Part shown: one piece after another, positions 8,884-16,782 of the stretch | How the letters are laid out: each line of letters starts with the position of its first letter | Position numbering within the stretch: position 1 is the first letter of the stretch | Virus record (IMG/VR): IMGVR_UViG_3300035703_000183 | Location: 1-40,603 of that record | DNA length: 40,603 bases | Strand: one strand, 5' to 3' | DNA from: a virus | Program-made: the position numbers and the translations under genes | Notes under the pieces: model-generated | The model's input: the letters and a program-made list of their open reading frames with translations, nothing else | What the model was told of the DNA's origin: nothing | Database searches by the model: none

Positions 8884-9117
8884 ATGACTGACTTTCGAGC
8901 GTTGTGCGCTGAGTTGCTTTGCAGCCTGGAACAGTATCCGGTGCAACCTCCCAGGGACCGCAACTTGATTGACCGCGCACGCTTGGCCTTGGCTCAGTCC
9001 GAGCCGAAAGAGCCGACGGACGAGGAACTGCAAGAACTAGCTGGCATGTTCTTTACTTCCACTGAGTTCGGCTTTGTGGACTTTGCTCGCGCTGTCCTCG
9101 CCCACCGTGGCAAGTAG
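8884..9117 (+). CDS. Hypothetical protein, paralog group (RALCAELL motif)
   Basis: 77 aa. The N-terminal FRALCAELLCSLEQ is shared with 9137..9340, with about 38 nt of near-identical DNA (8896-8933 vs 9167-9204). Confidence 0.6.
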   Translation: MTDFRALCAELLCSLEQYPVQPPRDRNLIDRARLALAQSEPKEPTDEELQELAGMFFTSTEFGFVDFARAVLAHRGK

Positions 9118-9136
9118 TCATTCCCACTAAACACTC

Positions 9137-9340
9137 ATGACCCAACAAGATTGCCCGATTGACTCCCGAGCGCTGTGCGCTGAGCTGCTGCAGGAGCTGG
9201 AACACCCTTCATCCTGGGACTACCAACAAGTTCTTAAAGATCAAGCGCTTGCTGTGTTGGACGACATATCAGATCGGCTTGATGCTGCTCACGAAAACGT
9301 CATCCGCCGCGCCCTAGAGCAACTGCCCGACGCCAAGTAG
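9137..9340 (+). CDS. Hypothetical protein, paralog group
   Basis: 67 aa. It shares RALCAELLQELEH with 8884..9117 and IRRALEQL with 8374..8757. Confidence 0.6.
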   Translation: MTQQDCPIDSRALCAELLQELEHPSSWDYQQVLKDQALAVLDDISDRLDAAHENVIRRALEQLPDAK

Positions 9341-9356
9341 TCACCTTCACTAGCAA

Positions 9357-9383
9357 CCTCCTAATTTTCTCCTAATTAGGAGG
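9357..9383. promoter_or_regulatory. Perfect 10-bp-stem hairpin CCTCCTAATT-(ttctcct)-AATTAGGAGG
   Basis: Read directly from the sequence. It also contains the 14-bp palindrome CTCCTAATTAGGAG and pairs an SD-like AGGAGG with CCTCCT. Confidence 0.5.
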
Positions 9384-9427
9384 TGCCTGGACACCCGTCC
9401 TAAACTCCTACCATCACCCATCAACTC

Positions 9428-9733
9428 ATGGCCACCACCTTTACCTGGCACATCGCCAACCTGGAGCGCGAGACCGCTGACGGTTTTGTGATGACCGCCC
9501 ACTATACCGTCACCGCCGAAGACGGCACCTACAGCAGCGGCGCCTACGGGTCACTGGGCTTTGAGCGCCCGGACAAGCTGATCCCGTATGCCGACTTGAC
9601 TGAGGAGATGGTCATCGGCTGGATCCAGGATGCCTTCGGTGCTGAGAAAGTGACCGAGATCGAAGCCGCCCTACAAGCGCAGCTTGACGAGCAGCACCAT
9701 CCCAGCAAGGCCAGCGGAACGCCGTGGCAGTAA
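9428..9733 (+). CDS. Hypothetical protein
   Basis: 101-aa ORF with clean coding-like composition. No domain confidently recognised. Confidence 0.6.
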   Translation: MATTFTWHIANLERETADGFVMTAHYTVTAEDGTYSSGAYGSLGFERPDKLIPYADLTEEMVIGWIQDAFGAEKVTEIEAALQAQLDEQHHPSKASGTPWQ

Positions 9734-9870
9734 AGGCAAAGGCCGGCGCCGCGCGGATCGAGCACCAACCCGGTCCGCCCAAAACTACCCGTCAAGGGTA
9801 TGGGCAACGTAGCCGTCCCCGACGCAGAGGTAAGAAACCTTTGCGCGGCCAGGGTCGCTAAACTGATTAC

Positions 9871-10119
9871 ATGATCGAGGTCATCGCTGCTATTGCTGGA
9901 GCGTCGATCTCCGTTGCCGCGATGGGCGCGATGGGCTTTAGCCGTCGCAACGATGAAGCACGCGAAGCTGTAATCAGACTGACCGCTGCCGTAGAGCATA
10001 TTGCCACCCAGTTAGAGGTGCTGCATACGGACATCAAAGAAGACCGCAAAGAAACTTTCTCCCGCCTTAATGGCGTGGAGCAGCGAGTAACTATGCTTGA
10101 AGCGCGTCCCCGTTGCTGA
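9871..10119 (+). CDS. Membrane-anchored coiled-coil protein (possible lysis accessory: holin or i-spanin-like)
   Basis: The N-terminal hydrophobic helix IEVIAAIAGASISVAAMGAMGF is followed by a charged helical region and a C-terminal Cys. It lies upstream of the endolysin region. Confidence 0.45.
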   Translation: MIEVIAAIAGASISVAAMGAMGFSRRNDEAREAVIRLTAAVEHIATQLEVLHTDIKEDRKETFSRLNGVEQRVTMLEARPRC

Positions 10120-10125
10120 AGACTC

Positions 10126-10314
10126 GTGAGCGGCGTCGTCGATTCCCGTGACATCGGACAAGGATTTACGATCGACCGCCTCGAAAACGACTGGGGCAAC
10201 ACCTATTACCGCGTCTGCCGTAACAGCATGTGCCGTTACTGCGAAGACGAGTACGTAGCCTACATGTACGCTCAAAACTGGGGCTGGCTACCAGAAAGCC
10301 ACCTACCTAGCTGA
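10126..10314 (+). CDS. Hypothetical Cys-containing small protein
   Basis: 62-aa ORF with a GTG start. No recognised domain. Confidence 0.4.
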   Translation: MSGVVDSRDIGQGFTIDRLENDWGNTYYRVCRNSMCRYCEDEYVAYMYAQNWGWLPESHLPS

Positions 10315-10612
10315 TCCACCAGCTAACCGCATCTTCTAGATGCGGCTCCCAAAAATCTTGCGCTCTAAACCATTCTTTCCACTCATTACTGGACTTTTTT
10401 GTATTACAAGAAAAACAACACGCAACCAAATTACTTAAGTTTGTCTCACCACCTTTTGACTTGGGACGCACGTGATCAAGCGTTCCATTCTTGCCCAGAT
10501 GTTCTCTGCAATACGCACATCTGTAATCCCAGCCCTTAAGGATTTGTTCACGAAACCGTGCCTTGGCCTCGCGTTTACTCACAAAGCCGTGGTGCTCGTC
10601 GATGTAGTCCAC
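10307..10612 (-). CDS. HNH endonuclease
   Basis: CAYCREHLG..GTLDHVRPKSKGGETNLSNLVACCFSCNTKK is a canonical HNH motif. It lies on the opposite strand to its neighbours. It is strongly A/T-rich: line 10381-10440 is 18/60 GC by hand count. Confidence 0.9.
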   Translation of the reverse strand: MDYIDEHHGFVSKREAKARFREQILKGWDYRCAYCREHLGKNGTLDHVRPKSKGGETNLSNLVACCFSCNTKKSSNEWKEWFRAQDFWEPHLEDAVSWWIS

Positions 10613-10708
10613 TTGGGGCTTCGACTAGCTAAACGGTAGCGAGGAAAACAGCACAGACGGGCTACTTAGCATACCTAGCGCTAGACTTACACAAAACGTC
10701 CTATCTCC

Positions 10709-10849
10709 ATGGACTTCCTTAACCACCCCGCCTTCTGGATCGTCGTGGCTGCCGTCAGCGAACTGATCGCGCTGTCACCGCTGAAAAGCAACAGCATCGT
10801 GCAACTCCTGTTCCAGGTGCTGAACCTGCTGAAAGCAAAAAAGCGCTGA
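10709..10849 (+). CDS. Small membrane protein (46 aa), holin candidate
   Basis: Hand translation gives MDFLNHPAFWIVVAAVSELIALSPLKSNSIVQLLFQVLNLLKAKKR, a hydrophobic core with a basic C-terminus. It lies about 200 nt upstream of the endolysin. TAGACT sits 21 nt upstream of the ATG. Confidence 0.5.
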   Translation: MDFLNHPAFWIVVAAVSELIALSPLKSNSIVQLLFQVLNLLKAKKR

Positions 10850-11051
10850 CTCCATTCGCTATTCGCAAACGGCAATTCGACGCGGAACTATCCGCCAAAC
10901 TCGACCACGCCGAGGCTGCCTGGCACGCTAGTCAGCCTCCGGCTATCCCATTGCCCACCGTCGTTGAACACCCAATAGATACCGAGCTGCAGACTGGCGA
11001 CTCCCAGAAGCTCGGCGGACCCATCTCGATCCACGCGCCCTGGAAACGCGA

Positions 11052-12167
11052 ATGACCAGCACCATTCGTCTACTCGACCTAGCTCGGTTCTACCGATCGC
11101 TTCCCCACCAAATGGCGGCTTTAGCCGAGCTGGAGGAAGCGATCAACAAAGCCGACCCCAAGCTACTCAACCGCACCCAACCGTGGTTCAAAACCTGGAG
11201 CCAGTCCGGCAAGCAACCACCAATCGAAAACAACTGGGACGGCATTGTGATGGCCGGCCGGATTGCCGGCGCCAAATACCCAGAACTGGTTGCCGCCCAA
11301 TGGGCCCTCGAATCTAGCTGGGGCAAACTTGTAACAGGCCGCAACAACTTTTTCGGCCTAAAAGGCGATGGAACCACCAGCACCACGCAAGAATTTATAA
11401 ACGGCCAGTGGATCACAATCCGCGACTCATTCCTGCAATTCCCAGACATCCAAACCGCCGTCTGCTATTTAGTTGATCGCTGGTATAAAGATTACAAAAC
11501 CTACAAAGGCTGCAACAACGCCACCAGCATCGAAGACGCCGCCCACTGGCTACAAAAAGAAGGCTACGCTACCGACCCAGATTACGGAAACAAGCTGATA
11601 AAGGTAATTAACACCCAAGCAGAAAAAACCGTAAAAACCAACGAATCTATCCTCAAAGTCCCCTACGAATACCAGCTCGACAACAAAAGCGGCACAGGTT
11701 ACCGCGAGTGCTTCAGCTCCAGCTGTGCAATGGTTGCCCGCTACTGGAAAAAAATCGGCAACGACGACGCCTACAACCTAATCCGCCGCAAATACGGGGA
11801 TAGTACAAATGTACACGCCCAAATCGCCGCTTTGAAAGAGCTGGGACTCCGCGCCACGTTCGAGCAAGAAGGCACCGCCTCCGACCTGGAAGCCGAAATC
11901 CGCATGGGCTATCCCACCCCCGTGGGCTGGCTCCATCGCGGACCAGTCAACAAACCCACTGGTTCAGGCCACTGGAGCGTAGTGATCGGCTTCACCCCGA
12001 CCCACTTCCTGCACAACGACCCAAATGGCGATGCCGACTTGGTGAATGGTGGCTATATAAGCAACAAAGGAGGCGCCGGCGTGGCATACTCCCGAAAAAA
12101 CTGGCTTCCTCGCTGGCTCGTTGACGGTCCCGACAGCGGCTGGTATCTGAAAATCCGCCCGATGTGA
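11052..12167 (+). CDS. Endolysin: N-acetylglucosaminidase (FlgJ/glucosaminidase-type) domain plus C39-like cysteine peptidase domain
   Basis: AAQWALESSWGK...NNFFGLKG is the glucosaminidase signature. The C-terminal part YRECFSSSCAMVARYW...GSGHWSVVIGF shows the Cys...His pattern of C39-like peptidases. Confidence 0.8.
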   Translation: MTSTIRLLDLARFYRSLPHQMAALAELEEAINKADPKLLNRTQPWFKTWSQSGKQPPIENNWDGIVMAGRIAGAKYPELVAAQWALESSWGKLVTGRNNFFGLKGDGTTSTTQEFINGQWITIRDSFLQFPDIQTAVCYLVDRWYKDYKTYKGCNNATSIEDAAHWLQKEGYATDPDYGNKLIKVINTQAEKTVKTNESILKVPYEYQLDNKSGTGYRECFSSSCAMVARYWKKIGNDDAYNLIRRKYGDSTNVHAQIAALKELGLRATFEQEGTASDLEAEIRMGYPTPVGWLHRGPVNKPTGSGHWSVVIGFTPTHFLHNDPNGDADLVNGGYISNKGGAGVAYSRKNWLPRWLVDGPDSGWYLKIRPM

Positions 12168-12391
12168 CCATGAACCCACTGGAGCAAACACCAGAAAACG
12201 CCTTCGACCAGGCGAAGCATGACCACTGGCTCAGACAGCGTTACACCGAAAAGGACTGGAACGGCTTATTCGAGGCCGCACTGCTTTTGAACACTCTGTA
12301 TCACATGGAGCGCACCAAATGCAGGTGGGCGATAAAAGAAGCGGCTAACAACCTGTCGGAAATTTGCGGCCTCGATCGCGACTCCGCTTAA
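12164..12391 (+). CDS. Hypothetical protein
   Basis: 75 aa, GTGA overlap with the endolysin stop (alternative ATG at 12170). Confidence 0.5.
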   Translation: MTMNPLEQTPENAFDQAKHDHWLRQRYTEKDWNGLFEAALLLNTLYHMERTKCRWAIKEAANNLSEICGLDRDSA

Positions 12392-12555
12392 TCGTGCTGG
12401 AGCTTTTCAGCGTACTGCTCGTACAACCCAGTGTAGGTGGCATGTAGTGGATGCTCCGGGTTATCACGGCCATCCATAAAGAACAACTTGTCCAAAAACC
12501 GCTGGCGTGCATCTTGCACTTTAATTTCCAGCACAGCCTGTTCAGTTTCTTTCAT
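12388..12555 (-). CDS. Hypothetical protein (55 aa)
   Basis: The ATG at 12555 overlaps the upstream stop. MKETEQAVLEIKVQDARQRF... The longer track ORF 12388..12681 would overlap the upstream gene extensively. Confidence 0.5.
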   Translation of the reverse strand: MKETEQAVLEIKVQDARQRFLDKLFFMDGRDNPEHPLHATYTGLYEQYAEKLQHD

Positions 12556-12790
12556 TTTTGAGTGCCTTGAGTTTGCGCAGGCGCTCGCTTTCGGCGCCGT
12601 TGTACGACTTGGACAGCGGCCTGAGTTTAGCCGGCGTCTCTGGAACTTCCACCAAGCAACCTGGGTAGCGGTTCCGAGCAAAGGCTAACGCCTGCCTCAA
12701 GGACTCTGCGCGGATCATATCGCGCAGCGGCCCCTGCCCTGGCAACCAGATCTGCAACTCGAAGTAGTCGAGCTTTTTACCTTCAAGCAC
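12542..12790 (-). CDS. Hypothetical protein (82 aa)
   Basis: The GTG at 12790 overlaps the upstream stop by 8 nt (GTGCTTGA). The upstream part of track ORF 12542..12988 looks like out-of-frame sequence. Confidence 0.5.
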   Translation of the reverse strand: MLEGKKLDYFELQIWLPGQGPLRDMIRAESLRQALAFARNRYPGCLVEVPETPAKLRPLSKSYNGAESERLRKLKALKNERN

Positions 12791-13010
12791 GGCAGGCGCT
12801 CCAGCTTTTCGGGTAGGCGGGCTCTTCAACAGCGTGCACAAAAACCTCGCTATTGCAGCGCCGACAAACAATTCGAGCAGCACTGATAGCCCGCTCGTAA
12901 GTAACCCAAGAACAAGCGTCATCAGGATTCTGAGTAAAAGCCATCCACTCGTTTGACGAGTAAACCGCCGCAACGAACTGGGACCCAACCTTCAAAACAA
13001 AGCGCGTCAC
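12783..13010 (-). CDS. Hypothetical protein (75 aa)
   Basis: GTG start at 13010; coding-like composition. Confidence 0.5.
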   Translation of the reverse strand: MTRFVLKVGSQFVAAVYSSNEWMAFTQNPDDACSWVTYERAISAARIVCRRCNSEVFVHAVEEPAYPKSWSACRA

Positions 13011-13090
13011 GGAACTCCCGCGAGACTACTGTGCAAGCCTAACCGCCGACCCCACCCCAAGTCAGACTTACAACGATTTACAACTAAGTC

Positions 13091-13357
13091 TCATGCGTCT
13101 ACTTGCGTCTCTTGCTTGGAGCGCTGGCGTCCTTCTACCCGCCGCTTTACCGAGTCTGCCCATGCTGCACGATCCGCCGCTTCAGCCGCCTTGTAGTCCG
13201 ACACCGACACAGCTTTCTCCAGCATGGTGTACACCATTTCCCGCATCAGCGCCGTTGTGCGCTTGCCCTCCTTTGCGGCCAACCTCTCCAGCAGCTGATA
13301 CCGATGCTGGTCGACCAGCAACTGGCAATACAGCTTCCGTCCGTGCTGCAGGGGCAT
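13091..13357 (-). CDS. Ribbon-helix-helix (CopG/Arc-like) DNA-binding protein
   Basis: KLYCQLLVDQHRYQLLERLAAKEGKRTTALMREMVYTMLEK fits the beta-strand/helix/helix pattern of RHH regulators. Confidence 0.65.
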   Translation of the reverse strand: MPLQHGRKLYCQLLVDQHRYQLLERLAAKEGKRTTALMREMVYTMLEKAVSVSDYKAAEAADRAAWADSVKRRVEGRQRSKQETQVDA

Positions 13358-13388
13358 AGCAAACCGTCTACTCTGCTACACAATAGCA

Positions 13389-13607
13389 CTACCAACGCAC
13401 TGGGGCGTCCACGTACTTGCGCCAGCCATTGGCCTGCGCCGTCCGCGCCCCACCCCTTTGCTTGGCACAACCAGCCCGGATACCACGTGCCCACTCCAAA
13501 AAGGCAGCAGCCCTATGGAGATCAGCGGTTTTTGCCCGCTTGATCTCGTCATAGAGCCACTGGAGCACCAATTCCCGACCAGTTTTCGGCACTACGTCAC
13601 CAGTCAC
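13389..13607 (-). CDS. Hypothetical protein
   Basis: A GTG start at 13607 is proposed because it overlaps the stop of 13597..13761 by 11 nt. The track ORF extends to 13670. Confidence 0.4.
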   Translation of the reverse strand: MTGDVVPKTGRELVLQWLYDEIKRAKTADLHRAAAFLEWARGIRAGCAKQRGGARTAQANGWRKYVDAPVRW

Positions 13608-13761
13608 CTTCCTTAGTGAGTCTGACCATCCGCAAACCCGGCCACAACTCCCGGATGGTGTGATGCGCATGGGTCATGCTGTCGGCCATAATCGTGGCCT
13701 TCCGGAGAAGCCCACCAGGAGTCCGCAACAACGCCACATAATTACAAGGTGCGTACTTCAT
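13597..13761 (-). CDS. Hypothetical protein (54 aa)
   Basis: Hand translation gives MKYAPCNYVALLRTPGGLLRKATIMADSMTHAHHTIRELWPGLRMVRLTKEGDW. ATGA overlap with the DNA polymerase stop. Confidence 0.45.
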   Translation of the reverse strand: MKYAPCNYVALLRTPGGLLRKATIMADSMTHAHHTIRELWPGLRMVRLTKEGDW

Positions 13762-15587
13762 TTTGCCTCCGCCCAAGTCATACCGATATTGGCATCTGCA
13801 AGCGGCGGCACATCATCCAACCACTCAGCTTCGGCCTCTTCCATCGTTGCCTTCAACTGATGCGCCCAAATATCGGCATGTTCTTCACGTACCAGCAAGA
13901 TAATTTCGTCGTGCACGACGCCAGCTAGGCGCACAACTTCCTCCCCGTCTGCTTGGAGCAGCGGCCACAACTTACCGAGCGTGCGCTTAAGCACCGCCGC
14001 ACCAGCCCCTTGGATCGGAGTGTTGCAGCGAATCGTGAGCGAATTGTGATCGCCGTAAAGAAGCCTCCGCAACCCGGAGTGACGAATCTTGATCGCGGCA
14101 TTTCCTTTAGCCGCATTAGCAGCTGCAGCATTTTCACGCTGCCATTTGCTGATCCCTTTATAAGCAGCGTGGAACTTTTTCCGCACGTTTTCCGCTTCAG
14201 TAATATCCATTTGTATGCCCATGCCAGCTGCATAGTTTCTGAGTCCTTTTGCACCGCTTCCATACAACAATCCGAAGTTGGCTGATTTACTGACTTGGCG
14301 CTGATCTTTTGTGACTTCATCTTCTGAAACGCCATAAATCTGCATTGCTGTCAGTGTGTGCAAGTCCGTCCCAGCCTGGAACGCTTGGATCATCAGCTCA
14401 TCCTGGGCTTCGGCTGCCGCCAGCCTCAACTCCATCTGCGCGTAATCCGCCACTACCAGTCTCCATCCATCTGGCGCCTTGACGCACTCCCTAAACCTTG
14501 AATCTCTTGGAATTTGCTGCAGGTTGGGACTCATGCAACTCATGCGCCCTGTGTCAGCCCCCAACTGGAGGTAACTAGCCTTGATGTAGCCACTAGCACC
14601 CAGGTGCTTCAAGAGCGATTCCACCATCTGGCGCCGCTTCTCAATCCGCTTCCAGGCCAGGTAATCCGCAACCACAGGATGATCAGCCACGTACTCACGC
14701 AACACCAGCTTGCTGGCACTGGGCTTCCCGTCTGCCGTCACTGGTGCATTACCAAGTAATGCAGTAAAGACATCCAGCAACTGCTTGGGGCTGTTCAGGT
14801 TGAAACCTGCCTCAACCCGATCGCCACCACGTGCTGTTCCAGTGGCTTTGGCGTTGGTGTTTAGACGCCCATCAGCAAACCTCGGCAGTTTCTTGTCCTC
14901 CGGCAATGCCTGATCCAAAGCAACCAGAAACTCCTCACCTCGCGTCCGATGCTGAAGCGTCAGCTCACGCTGGAGCGTTTCTAATCCGTTGCGATCAAAC
15001 GGCAGGCCGGTTCGCCAAAGCTGCGCCATCGCCGGCAACGCCCGACACTCCAAAAACCACGCCCGATGCAGATTCGCCTCTGCCATCCGCTGGTTAATCG
15101 GCCCATCCATCTGGATCAACAGCTGCACGTCCTTCGCCGCGTATTCCAGCTGTCCTTGGGTCAAATCGCCCGACCAGTCACTCTTCTGCTCTTCCTTAGA
15201 GATCTCCTCCTTGAGATAACGTTTTACAACAGTCTGCAGACCGTGCTTTACGTTCGGCTGTCCATTGGTAAGGATCCGACTGGCCAGCATGGTGCACAAG
15301 ACCTCCCCATTGGGATAGATCTCGTGCTCCTGCAGCCAACCCAAGTCGAACACCGCATTGTGCGCCAGCCAGTAACGCTTCTGCGCAAAGAACTCCTCGA
15401 TGTCCACCCACTGGTGATCCTCCAGCTCCCAGCAGTCAATGACCACCGGATCCCGATCCAGCGCGGCTAACTGCAATAACCGCAACCCGCCGAATGTCGG
15501 CTGGAGCCCAGTCGTCTCACAGTCAAACGCCACAGTCGTGGCATTAGCGAGCGACCGAAGGTGCTCGATCCCTTGTAAAAAACGCAT
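13758..15587 (-). CDS. Family A DNA polymerase with 3'-5' exonuclease domain
   Basis: AFDCETTGL is Exo I, DYAQMELRLAA is motif A, KSANFGLLYG is motif B, VVHDEI is motif C. 609 aa. Confidence 0.93.
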   Translation of the reverse strand: MRFLQGIEHLRSLANATTVAFDCETTGLQPTFGGLRLLQLAALDRDPVVIDCWELEDHQWVDIEEFFAQKRYWLAHNAVFDLGWLQEHEIYPNGEVLCTMLASRILTNGQPNVKHGLQTVVKRYLKEEISKEEQKSDWSGDLTQGQLEYAAKDVQLLIQMDGPINQRMAEANLHRAWFLECRALPAMAQLWRTGLPFDRNGLETLQRELTLQHRTRGEEFLVALDQALPEDKKLPRFADGRLNTNAKATGTARGGDRVEAGFNLNSPKQLLDVFTALLGNAPVTADGKPSASKLVLREYVADHPVVADYLAWKRIEKRRQMVESLLKHLGASGYIKASYLQLGADTGRMSCMSPNLQQIPRDSRFRECVKAPDGWRLVVADYAQMELRLAAAEAQDELMIQAFQAGTDLHTLTAMQIYGVSEDEVTKDQRQVSKSANFGLLYGSGAKGLRNYAAGMGIQMDITEAENVRKKFHAAYKGISKWQRENAAAANAAKGNAAIKIRHSGLRRLLYGDHNSLTIRCNTPIQGAGAAVLKRTLGKLWPLLQADGEEVVRLAGVVHDEIILLVREEHADIWAHQLKATMEEAEAEWLDDVPPLADANIGMTWAEAK

Positions 15588-15627
15588 TGTTCAGTGCCTC
15601 AAACGTGCATTTGCATCAAAAACCGTC

Positions 15628-15906
15628 TCAGCTGTGCATTTGCACATGCTGTACCCAAGCCGCCTGGTGCATCTCGGCCACAGTGATCGGCGGCTCAGCA
15701 GGGCAGAGATCTTCGTCACCAGGCTCCCATTCGATTGCAGTAATCAGCTCTTTGAGAATCGGCTGGAGTTCATCCTCAAGAAGGTTCATCACATGCATCG
15801 GGATGTGTGCATCCATCTGATGCCGGGAACCATCCCGCTTGATGATCACATCCAGCTTGCCTTTGAACTCAGCGACAAGCGTGGAAACCTTGTAAAAGTC
15901 AGACAT
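15628..15906 (-). CDS. Hypothetical protein
   Basis: 92-aa ORF in the leftward gene array. Confidence 0.55.
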   Translation of the reverse strand: MSDFYKVSTLVAEFKGKLDVIIKRDGSRHQMDAHIPMHVMNLLEDELQPILKELITAIEWEPGDEDLCPAEPPITVAEMHQAAWVQHVQMHS

Positions 15907-15984
15907 GGAGGCCTCAGGTGGGGCGACAACTCACTTACTGTACTACACAACAACCGTTTTGCACCGCCGGGCTGTTGTAAATCT

Positions 15985-16191
15985 TCACACTCGCAGGTAG
16001 GGCTTTTTGCCTTCCCACCGCAGTTGGTAGGGCGAGATCAACTCTTCCGCCCACTGGAGCGTGTACCACTTGTGCCCGCAGGCCCGGCAAACCCGCCGCC
16101 GGACAATCCGCCCATCCGAATCCTGGTTGGTCATTAGCACGTAGCTCATCTTGCTGGAGCACTCCGGGCAAGGCGTATGCACAGCTGGCAT
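15985..16191 (-). CDS. Zinc-ribbon protein (NrdR-N-terminal-like CxxC...CxxC)
   Basis: CPECSS...RRRVCRACGHKWYT provides four Cys in two CxxC pairs. Confidence 0.6.
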   Translation of the reverse strand: MPAVHTPCPECSSKMSYVLMTNQDSDGRIVRRRVCRACGHKWYTLQWAEELISPYQLRWEGKKPYLRV

Positions 16192-16193
16192 AA

Positions 16194-16496
16194 CTATTCG
16201 CCTGCTGCGTTGTACGCGGCAACCTCGGCAGCCAGATCACGCTCCAGACAAAGCCGATTCTGCGTGTGAAACGACTGAGTCTTGGAGCCGTCCCATAGCA
16301 CAGCAACGTAAGGCACCCGTGAGCCTCGCGCATTGGTGCGGTAGATGGTAGCCATCACGGTGCCATACCGCTGCGTAAAGAACGGCTGGATCCGCTGCTT
16401 GGTCTCGGCGCTGTAAGTCAGCACCATGCGTTTCTTGGGCTTCTCGGCTACACGATCGCCGTTCACAAAGCGTGGATCTTTTTGTTTTCTAAGCAT
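16194..16496 (-). CDS. Hypothetical protein
   Basis: The ATG at 16496 overlaps the upstream stop by 8 nt (ATGCTTAG). The track ORF extends to 16577. Confidence 0.5.
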   Translation of the reverse strand: MLRKQKDPRFVNGDRVAEKPKKRMVLTYSAETKQRIQPFFTQRYGTVMATIYRTNARGSRVPYVAVLWDGSKTQSFHTQNRLCLERDLAAEVAAYNAAGE

Positions 16497-16782
16497 TTTT
16501 TGTTGAAACACGGTTGCGTACATTGGACATTGCATCAGACCGGAACTGCTTGCAGGTGTCCTCCAGGTCTTGGGCAAGGACGGCAGCCGAACGCAACAGC
16601 GTTGTAAGCGTCACGGGCTTCATGTCACGATCCGTCGCATAGCGAATGGCATGACGAAAGCCCTGGCTGATATTGCCGCCGCCTAGTTTGCGGGCAGCTT
16701 CGATCTCTTCGCGGCTCATGCGGATTTGCACTGTAAAGTTACGCCCTTTGCCATTCGGACGCCGGTCGTTGGCGTTACTCAT
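16489..16782 (-). CDS. Putative RHH-like DNA-binding protein
   Basis: RNFTVQIRMSREEIEAARKLGGGNISQGFRHAIRYA resembles a ribbon-helix-helix module. Confidence 0.45.
   Translation of the reverse strand: MSNANDRRPNGKGRNFTVQIRMSREEIEAARKLGGGNISQGFRHAIRYATDRDMKPVTLTTLLRSAAVLAQDLEDTCKQFRSDAMSNVRNRVSTKNA

Noticed and set aside
9724-9861. 45-aa Arg-rich ORF (GTG start) overlapping the end of 9428..9733, or a -1 frameshift extension of that gene
   Set aside because: There is no slippery heptamer at the junction. The Arg/Gly/Pro-rich sequence is what a random frame of GC-rich DNA gives. It is kept only as a remote possibility.
10687-10875. 62-aa minus-strand ORF upstream of the endolysin
   Set aside because: The plus strand of the same segment encodes a compact 46-aa membrane protein with a better start context, co-oriented with the endolysin.
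15439-16137. 232-aa plus-strand ORF across the polymerase 5' end and early genes
   Set aside because: It is antisense to the DNA polymerase and two leftward ORFs that have clear motifs, and its composition is off-frame-like.
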